Shown here: piece by piece, positions 38,680-47,711 of the stretch
How positions within the stretch are numbered: the stretch's first letter is position 1
How the letters are laid out: the number at the start of each line of letters is the position of its first letter
Assembly: GCA_964595465.1 (NCBI GenBank)
Contig: CAZQQI010000011.1
Coordinates: 8,301 to 72,300 of the forward strand
Direction: 5' to 3'
Origin: an uncultured Planctomycetales bacterium
GTDB taxonomy: Bacteria; Omnitrophota; Gorgyraeia; Zapsychrales; JANLHA01
Length of the DNA: 64,000 nucleotides
The notes under the pieces: model-generated
Told to the model about the DNA's origin: nothing
Database searches by the model: none
Seen by the model: the letters and a program-made list of their open reading frames with translations, nothing else
Translations under genes and position numbers: made by a program

Positions 38680-39027
38680 CTAGGGCCTTCCTGTAAAAAA
38701 ATCACGGTCTTCCCAGATAAACCCGAAAAAACGGGACTGCAGCTGCCGTAAACGGGCCACATCTTTGACCAACTCCCGTATATTTTGGCGTTCTGTCTCG
38801 ATCCTGACTTCGTAACGCAGTGCCGGAGATGGGATCACCCGAAACACAGCCCAGGACCATCCTTTCTGCACCCTTTGAATTTTCTCCAGGGGAACAAAGG
38901 TCTGCGTGAGATCTTCGCCGTCACAACGCAGAAACAATTTATGTTCGTTCAGCAGAATCTGTCCGCGAACCGTTACAGGGCCGCGCGTATATTTCCCTTC
39001 TCCATAAGTAAACGTCATGACGTTCAT
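38680..39027 (-). CDS. hypothetical protein (possible bacterial PH/GRAM-like fold)
   Basis: 116 aa from the internal Met MNVMTFTYGEG... The track's longer ORF to 39117 would overlap the upstream gene. Confidence 0.35.
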   Translation of the reverse strand: MNVMTFTYGEGKYTRGPVTVRGQILLNEHKLFLRCDGEDLTQTFVPLEKIQRVQKGWSWAVFRVIPSPALRYEVRIETERQNIRELVKDVARLRQLQSRFFGFIWEDRDFFTGRP

Positions 39028-39047
39028 ATCATCATTCCCGTCACAGG

Positions 39048-41378
39048 TTATTGTATAGACCAAAAATAAGAATATCTCAAACTGTTCTCCTGATGCCTGC
39101 GTTTTCCCGTCAGCCAAAGAATATGGCTGAAAGCGTTCAGCCCCGGCTTCATCAGCTCCTCGACAATAACCTCGCGCTGGTCATCGGGAATAAAACGTTT
39201 CTGCTGAAGCTCTTCGCTAACCTGAACAAGCTCCTGCCGCTTTTCGCGCGCCGCAGCGATCTTATCCCGGACATCGCCGACAGCGGAGCGTCTTTTAGAC
39301 AAGACATTTTTTAGATCATTAAGCGTTTCCCTCTCTCGGACAAGATCAGCCCTCCGATCCTCAAGAACTTCAAGCTCATTGCGCATATCTTCCAAACGCG
39401 CTGACTTGGTTTCAATATCCCGTTCCAAAAAAGCCAGCTGACGCTGACCGGCCGCACTCAAACGCTGTTCTTCAGACGCCTCAACCGCCTTCAGTTCAGC
39501 CAGCTCCGCACGCGCCTCAGCCAAACGTTCTTCCGCCGCCTTGATGATCTGCTGTTTCTTTTCATATTCTGCGGACAAACGATCCCAGGCCCCTTCATCA
39601 AATGCCTCTTCAGCCGAAACCACGTTTTCTTTTAATTTGCTCAATTCTTCTTCAAGCTGTTTTTGCTGCTCCTGATACCCGGCAATGTTTTCTTCCACAT
39701 CAGCCAGGCGCTTGCGGCTTCCTTCTTTCATAGCCCGGACCTTGGCCGCCTCCTGTGCGGTCCAGGCGTCCCACCATTCAGCAACACCGATCATCTCTTT
39801 CATCATGGCGCGCACATCAAGATAAACAATGCCGTTAGACGGTTTATCGGCCCCGACAGCAGGATTCTGAAAAACATCATTTCTCTGTATCCCGGCCTGC
39901 TCTCCCTTCAGAACATCAATGCTTAACTTCAAGTCTTCCCGGCGCACACTTAACAGAAAATAATCATTCAAAAAAGCATAAGCCGGAGCCACATCCGTCA
40001 GCAAAGGAACTCTGGTATGACGAAGAGTGATCCCCCGATAATGTTCCTGTTCAAAACGCAGGAAGGGAATGTTATCCATACGCTGATTTAAAAACGCAGA
40101 GGCTTTTTCTACATCGTTCACTTTAATAAAAAAACTCAAATAAGGAAACGGATACACATTTTCTGTCTCGAGTCCTGTAATAAATCCCCCCACCTCTGTC
40201 CCCAGCAACGGCAGGACATCGCGCGTCATACTGAAACCCATTTGCTGTTCCAAACCGGCCATGACCTGATCGGCAGAAAGATTCAGACCCGCCTGCTCTC
40301 CCGCGGCCTGCGCCTGCTGTCTGGCCTTTTCCCAATAAAGCTGAGCATTAAAGGTGTTCTCCCAGCGGTATGCCAGAACACCCTCAGGAACAAAAGCATT
40401 CGCGCCGCTTTTTTCCGGCTCCATCGCCAAAATCCGCCTCGCGACTGCCGGCATCTTCTGCCGATCATAGATCAGGACCGCGTCAGCGCGAGACTGGTCC
40501 TGACCCCATTGCCCGGAAAAAGCCAGCATACGAAAAGGCTGTTTTTTGTCAAATGTCTTCGCTGCCTGCTGGATCGCCGCCGGCGAAGCCTTTTGGGCTG
40601 CCATCGTCCGCAGAATGAAATTGCGCCACGCCTGCGAACTCCTGGCAAGATCCACAAACCCCCGCGCATCAGAGCCGGAAATAAAATACCCTTGAGCATC
40701 GGTAAAATTTTTTCCCTGCGATACAGCCGATTGCCCCGTCTCTGCCAGGACATCGATCGCGCGGCGCGCGGCCTGGTCACCATATCCAAACACAACATAC
40801 TGACCGATCCGCACATATCCTAATTTAAATGTCTTCCCGGCATCGGACAATAGATGGATCGTGTACTGTCGATACCGGAACGTCTCTTCATTGATATCCT
40901 GAGACATCTTGGCAAAAGCGCTGACCGCCAGATCCATAAAAGGCATATCAGAACTCAGCTTGGTCACGCCGACTACATTATTCAGGATTTCATCCACCGG
41001 CTGGGTCTGCATGCGCTGAAGATCGACGTCATAAACCGCAAGAGCGGCGCGATCGCGGAACAGCTGTTTGAGGACCATAATGATCTGCTGCGGATCGATA
41101 CCGGATAAACGCTCCTTGATCATAAGGATCGTGGCCTGTGAAATGTCCATCTTATTCAGAGCCTGCCAGAGATCAATACCGCCCAGGGCCTGAGCAAACT
41201 GTGTCTCCTGCAAATTCCCGAGATGTTCCGCCAGATGATCGAATTCCGCGTACACCAAAGGTTCAGCCGGAAGAAGATCCCGCAATTCCACATCCTGACC
41301 ACCGCGGGGCCAGAATACTGTTACCCCGATCATTACCAATACTAAAAAAATAATAACGGCCGCGATGATCTTCTTCAT
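39048..41378 (-). CDS. large membrane-anchored protein: DUF3352-like N-terminal region plus roughly 250-aa C-terminal coiled coil
   Basis: N-terminal signal anchor MKKIIAAVIIFLVLVMIGVTVFW. Residues roughly 520-740 are heptad-rich (ELSKLKENV...AELAELKAVEASEEQRL...LEVLEDRRADLVRERETLNDLKN). Confidence 0.55.
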   Translation of the reverse strand: MKKIIAAVIIFLVLVMIGVTVFWPRGGQDVELRDLLPAEPLVYAEFDHLAEHLGNLQETQFAQALGGIDLWQALNKMDISQATILMIKERLSGIDPQQIIMVLKQLFRDRAALAVYDVDLQRMQTQPVDEILNNVVGVTKLSSDMPFMDLAVSAFAKMSQDINEETFRYRQYTIHLLSDAGKTFKLGYVRIGQYVVFGYGDQAARRAIDVLAETGQSAVSQGKNFTDAQGYFISGSDARGFVDLARSSQAWRNFILRTMAAQKASPAAIQQAAKTFDKKQPFRMLAFSGQWGQDQSRADAVLIYDRQKMPAVARRILAMEPEKSGANAFVPEGVLAYRWENTFNAQLYWEKARQQAQAAGEQAGLNLSADQVMAGLEQQMGFSMTRDVLPLLGTEVGGFITGLETENVYPFPYLSFFIKVNDVEKASAFLNQRMDNIPFLRFEQEHYRGITLRHTRVPLLTDVAPAYAFLNDYFLLSVRREDLKLSIDVLKGEQAGIQRNDVFQNPAVGADKPSNGIVYLDVRAMMKEMIGVAEWWDAWTAQEAAKVRAMKEGSRKRLADVEENIAGYQEQQKQLEEELSKLKENVVSAEEAFDEGAWDRLSAEYEKKQQIIKAAEERLAEARAELAELKAVEASEEQRLSAAGQRQLAFLERDIETKSARLEDMRNELEVLEDRRADLVRERETLNDLKNVLSKRRSAVGDVRDKIAAAREKRQELVQVSEELQQKRFIPDDQREVIVEELMKPGLNAFSHILWLTGKRRHQENSLRYSYFWSIQ

Positions 41379-41400
41379 AGTCGGGTCCTTTTTTATCGTA

Positions 41401-42189
41401 TTATGAAAACATATTCATGCCGGCCAATCCCGGAAAAAGCCGGAGCAAATTCGTGTTAACCGCCCTGACAACATCTTCTTCCGGCAGCCCTTTTAAACAA
41501 GAAAGATGACGCAGAGTCTTGGCAACATCCCGGGGCTCGGCCTTTAACCCTCCGTCATACTGACGGTAAAAAACCGGGGTGTCGGTCTCCAGCAGAATGC
41601 GCTCCAGCGGCGCCGCCTGTAAAGCCCGGCGGACTTCTTCACTGTAAGCTACGCTCAGTGAAGCAGAAATATAATATCCTGCCTCCAATATCTCTTCCAG
41701 CACCTTGAGCGGCCCGGAGTACCAATGAAAGACGGCCTTTTGAACGCCGACCTCCCGCGCTGTTTCCACGGCTTCCTGCCATGTTCCGCGGGTATGGATC
41801 AACGCCGGAAGATCATGTTCCCGAGCCAGAACGAGCAGTTCACGGTAAACCCGGCGCTGCTCTGCTTTTTTTTCGGCATCTTTCCGTACCCATTTATACC
41901 AGAAATCGAGACCGATCTCACCGACCGCGTCAGCCTCATGAATATGGGAACAGATATACTGCAGCTCTTGATCGACCGAAAGATCACCCAATTGGCCCGG
42001 ATGAAGCCCCAGACCCAATAGTATCCTGGGATCAGCGCACTGCTCTTTCAGCGTCAGATTTTTCCGGTTGGATTCCTTGTCTTCCCCGACGGCAACGATC
42101 GCGCGCACGCCCGCCTCCCGCGCGCGCCGCAGAGCGCCCTCAATATCACCAACACTGTCTAAATGGGCATGGCTGTCTATAAGGTCCAT
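41401..42189 (-). CDS. tatD: TatD-family metal-dependent hydrolase
   Basis: MDLIDSHAHLD...VAVG...LHTRG...ETDTP motifs of the TatD/amidohydrolase TIM barrel; 262 aa. Confidence 0.85.
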   Translation of the reverse strand: MDLIDSHAHLDSVGDIEGALRRAREAGVRAIVAVGEDKESNRKNLTLKEQCADPRILLGLGLHPGQLGDLSVDQELQYICSHIHEADAVGEIGLDFWYKWVRKDAEKKAEQRRVYRELLVLAREHDLPALIHTRGTWQEAVETAREVGVQKAVFHWYSGPLKVLEEILEAGYYISASLSVAYSEEVRRALQAAPLERILLETDTPVFYRQYDGGLKAEPRDVAKTLRHLSCLKGLPEEDVVRAVNTNLLRLFPGLAGMNMFS

Positions 42190-42245
42190 AATCTCGATCC
42201 TGCGGACAGGGGTGCACGCCGTTTGTCCGGGCTGCCCTTCACGTT

Positions 42246-42689
42246 TCAGCGTTCGCTCTCTAAAATAAATGTCACCGGGCCGTTGTTGACAAGATCGACA
42301 TCCATCATGGCGCCGAACTCACCGGTCTCGACCTGAAACCCTTCCTGCCGGAGCTGTTCGGCAAATAGGGCATATAACCGTTCTCCTTCCTCGGGAGGCG
42401 CGGCCTGATCAAATGACGGCCGCCGGCCTTTACGGCAATTTCCGTAAAGCGTGAATTGTGAGATCACCAGAAATCCGGCACCGACGTCTTTCGCCGCGAC
42501 ATTCATTTTGCCGTTTTCATCGGCAAACATCCTCAACTGAGAGATCTTACGCACTAAATAAACCGCGTCGTCCGGGCTGTCATCCCGCGCGACGCCCAGA
42601 AGAATCACCGCCCCTCTGCCGATCTTTCCGGAGACACGCTTTCCAACGGTGACCTGCGCCTCAGTTACCCTTTGAACGACCGCCCGCAT
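42246..42689 (-). CDS. dtd: D-aminoacyl-tRNA deacylase
   Basis: MRAVVQRVTEAQVTV...AVILLGV...ISQFTLYG...GRRPSF is the Dtd signature; 147 aa. Confidence 0.9.
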   Translation of the reverse strand: MRAVVQRVTEAQVTVGKRVSGKIGRGAVILLGVARDDSPDDAVYLVRKISQLRMFADENGKMNVAAKDVGAGFLVISQFTLYGNCRKGRRPSFDQAAPPEEGERLYALFAEQLRQEGFQVETGEFGAMMDVDLVNNGPVTFILESER

Positions 42690-42695
42690 AACCTG

Positions 42696-43649
42696 CTAGT
42701 CCTTTTCCTGGATTTTTCCCGGCTTCTCCCGCAGACCATAGGACTGCTCCATGGTCTTGATCAAACCGTATAAGGCCGCGTTTACCGGAACGTCGATCTT
42801 CAGCTGACGGGCTTCATGCACCACAGCACCGTTAATGTCGTCGATCTCCGTGCGTTGCTGGTCCAAAACATCCTGCAGCATGGATGAACGGTTGTGAAAA
42901 CTCTCCCGGCACACATCCTGAGTCAGACGGACCATATCTTTTTCAGGAAGGGCGATCCGTTTCTTCCGCGCCACAGCGGCCGCTTCTTCGACAGCAGAAC
43001 GCATAAGATCAGCCGTGCCGTCAAACTCAAGCAGACGGCCGTTAGTCAAACGGGTCACCGCTGAAAGGGCATTGATCCCGGCGTTCACGACCAATTTTCC
43101 CCATAAAAGGCCCACAATGTCACGGGAAAAACGGGTCTCTATTCCCGCGGCTTCAAACACATCACAAATATCCTGATGCGCGCTGATATCCCGCGCGTCG
43201 AACATGCCGATCACCGTTTCCCCCTGACCATTATGAACGATCCGCCCGTCATCACGCAAGGTAACCGCGTGATGAGTGATCCCGGCCAGGGTTCTCTCCT
43301 TACCCACGACATTGGCGATCATTTCATAATTCCGTATCCCGTTCTGCAGACTCAAAACACGCGTATGATCCGATATTGCGGACTGAACGTGGCCCAGCGC
43401 CTCCAGGGTATGATAAGACTTGGTGCAGATAATAACCAGATCAGCCGTGCCGACATCTTCAGTATTGGCCGTGACAGGGAGTTCGGCCTGCCACTGTTCA
43501 TCCCCGTCCCGGCAATGAATTCCCTTTTGCGAGAGGATCCGTTCAACACGCTCCGGACGGTAATCCAGCAGCCAGACTTCCGTATGCTTTGACAGGCGTC
43601 CTGCAAAAAAACACCCCAGTGCGCCGGGGCCGATCACGACAACACGCAT
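42696..43649 (-). CDS. panE: 2-dehydropantoate 2-reductase
   Basis: MRVVVIGPGALGCFFAGRLS Rossmann N-terminus, preceded by AAAAGGAG. ApbA/PanE fold; 318 aa. Confidence 0.75.
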   Translation of the reverse strand: MRVVVIGPGALGCFFAGRLSKHTEVWLLDYRPERVERILSQKGIHCRDGDEQWQAELPVTANTEDVGTADLVIICTKSYHTLEALGHVQSAISDHTRVLSLQNGIRNYEMIANVVGKERTLAGITHHAVTLRDDGRIVHNGQGETVIGMFDARDISAHQDICDVFEAAGIETRFSRDIVGLLWGKLVVNAGINALSAVTRLTNGRLLEFDGTADLMRSAVEEAAAVARKKRIALPEKDMVRLTQDVCRESFHNRSSMLQDVLDQQRTEIDDINGAVVHEARQLKIDVPVNAALYGLIKTMEQSYGLREKPGKIQEKD

Positions 43650-43833
43650 AAACCGCTCCTTTTTCCTATTAATAAGTCTATTGATTATATAGAGCACCCG
43701 CTCTCAGGTCAACAGGACAGGTGAAGATATCGTGACGTGTAGAAAAATAAGACATATTGCTATTTCTGAACTTGGCAAAGCACAAGTGAGCAGTCCTGTT
43801 CTCCTCTTTACGTTTTATGTTATAATCCCTCCC

Positions 43834-46056
43834 ATGTTATTATCCGATGTCCTCAAAACCTATTCTTTTCCGAAGGCGATCAGGGACGCAGTTTTAAAAA
43901 GCGGGATACGGGATCTCTTCCCTCCGCAGGCCGAAGCTGTCCGGCGGGGCGTGCTGGACCGCAAAAACATGCTGATCTCTGTCCCGACGGCGTCCGGAAA
44001 AACCCTGATCGCTGAACTCTGCTTTTTATCCTCACTTCAACGAACCAATAAACAATGCCTCTACCTGGTTCCGTTAAAGGCGCTGGCGGCGGAAAAAGAC
44101 CAGGATTTCCGCACGAAATACGGACCGCACGGAGTCCGCGTCTCACGGATCACCGGCGATGAATCCCGCCCGCGTCATCCTCTCAACTCCACCGATATCC
44201 TCATCTCTACAGCTGAAAAGATCGATGCACTGCTGCGTTCCGGCTCCCATTGGTCCGCCGGCCGTCTGGATCTGCTGATCGTTGACGAGATCCATTTCCT
44301 TAATGACGGCAGCCGCGGTCCGACCCTGGAGGTGCTCATCGCCCGTCTGAGAGCCCTCAATCCGGACATGCAGGTGGTGGCCCTGAGCGCCACGGTCCAT
44401 AACGCCGCTGAAATGGCTCAGTGGCTTGACGCAGAACTGCTGGCCAGTACCTGGCGGCCGATCCCGCTGAAGGAGGGCGTCTCCTGGCAGGACCAGATCC
44501 GTTTCGCGGGTCACGGCACACGCGTGATCACCGAAACAGCGTCAGAGGACCTCAACCGCCTGGTCCTGGACACCCTGCGCGGCAAAGGACAGGTCCTCAC
44601 CTTTGTCAATTCCCGGCGCTCCACACAGGCGGCAGCCAGGAAGATGGTCCGGGACGTTGCTGACGTTTTGACCTTTGCAGAACGCGAAACTCTCAGAACA
44701 CTGGCGCAGAAAGCCCATGGACCGGAATCATCGGCAACCCGGATCTGCCGGGCACTCAGTGATTGTCTGCGGGCAGGCGTCGCGTTCCACCATGCCGGCC
44801 TAAAGCCGGTTCAGCGCGACCTGATTGAAGACGCGTTTAAAAAAAACCTGATCAAAGTGATCTGCGCGACCCCCACGCTGGCCGCCGGAGTCAACCTCCC
44901 GGCCCGCCGTGTGATCATGCGTGACATCAAACGATTCGAATCCGGGCTGGGATCCGCCTACATCCCGGTTTCAGAATATAAACAATGCGCCGGACGTGCC
45001 GGACGCCCGCAATATGACACCTACGGAGAAGCCCTGATCCTGGCTAAATCTTCCGCGGACCGTAACCGCTTATTCCGACGCTACATTGAAGGGGATCCCG
45101 AACCGATCATCTCCAAACTCGGCACAGAATCGGCCCTGCGCATCCACCTTCTGGCAGCGCTTTCGTCCGGATTTATCCATGATGTCGACTCAGCGATCCA
45201 TTTTCTGCGAGGAACCTTCTTTGCTTTTCAAAACCCTCAGCTCAATATTTTAGAGCTGATCAGCGGCATATTTGACTTTCTGCGCGCGGAAGGATTTGTA
45301 GAGAAATCCGGATTCAGGTTCGAGGCAACGCACTTCGGACAGCTCACCAGCCGGCTTTATCTGGATCCGCTTTCGGCCATGATCCTGCGCGACGGACTGA
45401 ATGAAACCCGAAAAAAAAGGAAACAGTCTGCCGCCGGCATCTTTCAGCTGATTTGCTGTTGCCCGGACAGCGTGCGGCTGCATTCTTCCCAAAAACAGAT
45501 CGAACGCATTGATGATTACGCCGCCCGCCACGCTGACGATTTCTTTCTGGATCAAAATGAACATCCCATTCTACAGGATTATTTTGCCTATTTAAGCATT
45601 ATGAAAACCGTTCTGGTCCTGAACAGCTGGGCTGAGGAACAGCGTGAAGAATCCATCTGCGACCGTTTCGGCATCGGACCGGGTGATATTTACCGGGTCA
45701 CGGACACGGCCCGCTGGCTGCTGCACGCGGCCATTGTCTTCGCCGATCTTTTTAATTGGAAAGACCTTACCCTGCCCCTGGCCCACCTGCAGTCACGGGT
45801 CCATTACGGGATCCGGGCCGAACTTATTTCCCTTGCTCAACTCAAGCATGTCGGACGGGTCCGCGCCCGGGCCTTATTCGACGCGGGATATTCTTCCCCA
45901 TCCTCTCTGAAAGACCTTTCCGTGGAAACCCTTGCCGACCTGCCCGGTTTCGGCAAGAACATTGCCGCTGCCATCCTCAAAGAGATCAGCAAACCTGCCG
46001 CGGACCTGGACGCGGTCAAACGCCTGAGAGACCAGTGGGATAAGAAAAAAAGATGA
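43834..46056 (+). CDS. Hel308/Ski2-like superfamily-2 DNA helicase
   Basis: Q motif FPPQAEAV; motif I TASGKT; DEIH box; HHAGL and QCAGRAGR motifs; winged-helix/ratchet region; C-terminal HhH (LADLPGFGKNIAAAILKEI). I start it at ATG 43834 (MLLSDVLK...), which is 7 nt after a TATAAT, so the mRNA is possibly leaderless. The alternative is GTG 43732. Confidence 0.8.
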   Translation: MLLSDVLKTYSFPKAIRDAVLKSGIRDLFPPQAEAVRRGVLDRKNMLISVPTASGKTLIAELCFLSSLQRTNKQCLYLVPLKALAAEKDQDFRTKYGPHGVRVSRITGDESRPRHPLNSTDILISTAEKIDALLRSGSHWSAGRLDLLIVDEIHFLNDGSRGPTLEVLIARLRALNPDMQVVALSATVHNAAEMAQWLDAELLASTWRPIPLKEGVSWQDQIRFAGHGTRVITETASEDLNRLVLDTLRGKGQVLTFVNSRRSTQAAARKMVRDVADVLTFAERETLRTLAQKAHGPESSATRICRALSDCLRAGVAFHHAGLKPVQRDLIEDAFKKNLIKVICATPTLAAGVNLPARRVIMRDIKRFESGLGSAYIPVSEYKQCAGRAGRPQYDTYGEALILAKSSADRNRLFRRYIEGDPEPIISKLGTESALRIHLLAALSSGFIHDVDSAIHFLRGTFFAFQNPQLNILELISGIFDFLRAEGFVEKSGFRFEATHFGQLTSRLYLDPLSAMILRDGLNETRKKRKQSAAGIFQLICCCPDSVRLHSSQKQIERIDDYAARHADDFFLDQNEHPILQDYFAYLSIMKTVLVLNSWAEEQREESICDRFGIGPGDIYRVTDTARWLLHAAIVFADLFNWKDLTLPLAHLQSRVHYGIRAELISLAQLKHVGRVRARALFDAGYSSPSSLKDLSVETLADLPGFGKNIAAAILKEISKPAADLDAVKRLRDQWDKKKR

Positions 46057-46060
46057 TACA

Positions 46061-46170
46061 GGTTTGTTGGGTTTATTGGGTTGAGAGTTTGTTGGGTTTT
46101 ACATTTCACTTTTCCCGTTTTACGTTTTCCTTGTGACAGGTGACTTTGTGACGTGTAACCTGGTGACCTT
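46061..46170 (-). repeat. family-2 intergenic repeat, copy 2
   Basis: Reverse-complement match to 14709..14795 with extra GGGTTTGTTG/GGGTTTATTG units and four or five TGTGAC/GGTGAC repeats. It lies between the convergent helicase and recO. Confidence 0.8.
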
Positions 46171-46175
46171 GTCTC

Positions 46176-46910
46176 TCACACATACTTCGCCGAGCGGATC
46201 CTTCTCCCCAGATGAAAGACCAGGAAATTATTCAGAATATACTTCAGTTCCCGCCGGGTGATGCGGGTCAGTTTCAATTTCTGGCAGACCTGCCAGCCGG
46301 CCCGCTCCACATGCAGAATCGTCGCCACAGTTCCCGGGGAAATGGCATGGGTCTCGCCACGTCCCGGCCCGCAATGCCCGCAGATCAGACCTCCATCCGC
46401 ATGACTGAACACCGCCCGGTTGTGAACCTTTTTGTGACAAAGCACGCAGGCATCCAAATGCGGCTGAAAACCGGAGTACAGCAGGGCCTTGATCTGAAAC
46501 AGGTGGACCAGCCGGGTGATCTCTTCAGTCTGTTCCAGACTTCTCAGAAAATCCTCCATCAGACGATAAATTTTAGAATTAGGCATCTCGCTGGGAGTCA
46601 TGAGATAAACCAATTCCAGCATATAACTGGCGGCCAGGGAACGTTTGAGATCCTGACGGACCGGAAGAAAAAATTCCCTCATATCACACTGGCTGATCAG
46701 ATGCAGATCAGAGTTGCGGTATTGATAATAGACAATATCATTAACCGAAAAACGCTCGAGGCTGGAGCCGAATTTGCGCGGATCTTTACGTATCCCTTTA
46801 AGCACCCCGCTGACCCGGCCCTGGTCGGAAGTGAAAAAAGTCGCGATCCTACTGGTCTCGCGGTAATCAAAAGATTTGAGGACAATGCCCCGGGTCTGAA
46901 TAATAGCCAT
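46176..46910 (-). CDS. recO: DNA repair protein RecO
   Basis: N-terminal OB fold (IIQTRGIVLKSFDYRETSRIATFFT) and a C-terminal zinc motif CVLCHKK...CGHC; 244 aa. Confidence 0.85.
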   Translation of the reverse strand: MAIIQTRGIVLKSFDYRETSRIATFFTSDQGRVSGVLKGIRKDPRKFGSSLERFSVNDIVYYQYRNSDLHLISQCDMREFFLPVRQDLKRSLAASYMLELVYLMTPSEMPNSKIYRLMEDFLRSLEQTEEITRLVHLFQIKALLYSGFQPHLDACVLCHKKVHNRAVFSHADGGLICGHCGPGRGETHAISPGTVATILHVERAGWQVCQKLKLTRITRRELKYILNNFLVFHLGRRIRSAKYV

Positions 46911-47044
46911 AATATAATGTACAGCGAAAGGTAAATAAGAAATAGGAAATAATACGACAACCAGTAATCTTTTTCGGCTCTATGAAGTTTTGATTAAACA
47001 AATCAAAGGATACCATAATTCTTCCATACATAAACAATTCTCGC

Positions 47045-47174
47045 CTGAATGGCGATAAAAAAGATCGGGATGTGGTCGCAGAGCGAGTTCCGAACCGAAC
47101 AATTCATTATAAAAACGTTCGGGAGGTTGTTTGAGCGAACGATCACATCCCGATCTTCATGAGCCATTCAGCTG
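47045..47174 (+). repeat. family-1 structured intergenic element, copy C
   Basis: ctgaatggcgataaaaaagatcgggatgtggtcg + core + atcacatcccgatcttcatgagccattcag. Compared with copy B, the inner stem carries compensatory changes. Confidence 0.8.
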
Positions 47175-47245
47175 TGGAACTGCACGCAAAAACATCACAT
47201 CATCTTCCTCGCCCCTTACCTTTCCAAAGAACCGCTTTTTATCCA

Positions 47246-47689
47246 TTATTTTCCTTGCCCCGGCATTCCCAAATATTCCATAACCTCACTCTCTTTGGCT
47301 CGCATGGTCTTAATATCCGCCGGGGCATGATCATCATATCCCAGCAGATGCAATATACCGTGAACCATATACAGGGTCAGTTCATACTCCGCTGAGGTGC
47401 GGTATTCTCGGGCATTACGCCGGGCTGTAACCGCTGAAACATAGATCTCCCCTTCGATCCCATCCTTTGAGTACGGATCGCCCAGATCAAAACTGATCAC
47501 ATCAGTAGGATGATCATGACCCAGAAAACGGCGGTTGATCGCCTGGATCTTGCGGTCCGTCACAATAACAACCGACAAGTCCGCCTGCCGGACATCAAAA
47601 AACGTCAGGGTTTTAACCACGCATCTGCGGTATTGCTCCGTAGAAAGCGCCAATCCTGTCTGTTGGTTATAAATATGAACGGACGTCAT
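47246..47689 (-). CDS. ybeY: rRNA maturation endoribonuclease YbeY
   Basis: HGILHLLGYDH zinc-binding motif; 147 aa; phoH-pgpH-ybeY order as in Bacillus. Confidence 0.9.
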   Translation of the reverse strand: MTSVHIYNQQTGLALSTEQYRRCVVKTLTFFDVRQADLSVVIVTDRKIQAINRRFLGHDHPTDVISFDLGDPYSKDGIEGEIYVSAVTARRNAREYRTSAEYELTLYMVHGILHLLGYDDHAPADIKTMRAKESEVMEYLGMPGQGK

Positions 47690-47711
47690 GGAAGCTCAAT
47701 ACGATCGCGCG

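Noticed and set aside
47045-47174. TTTTTATAATGAA in the family-1 core as a sigma-70 promoter
   Set aside because: The -10 is perfect but there is no reasonable -35 at 16-18 nt (TCAAAC). It is more likely the loop of the internal hairpin. Left unresolved, not annotated.
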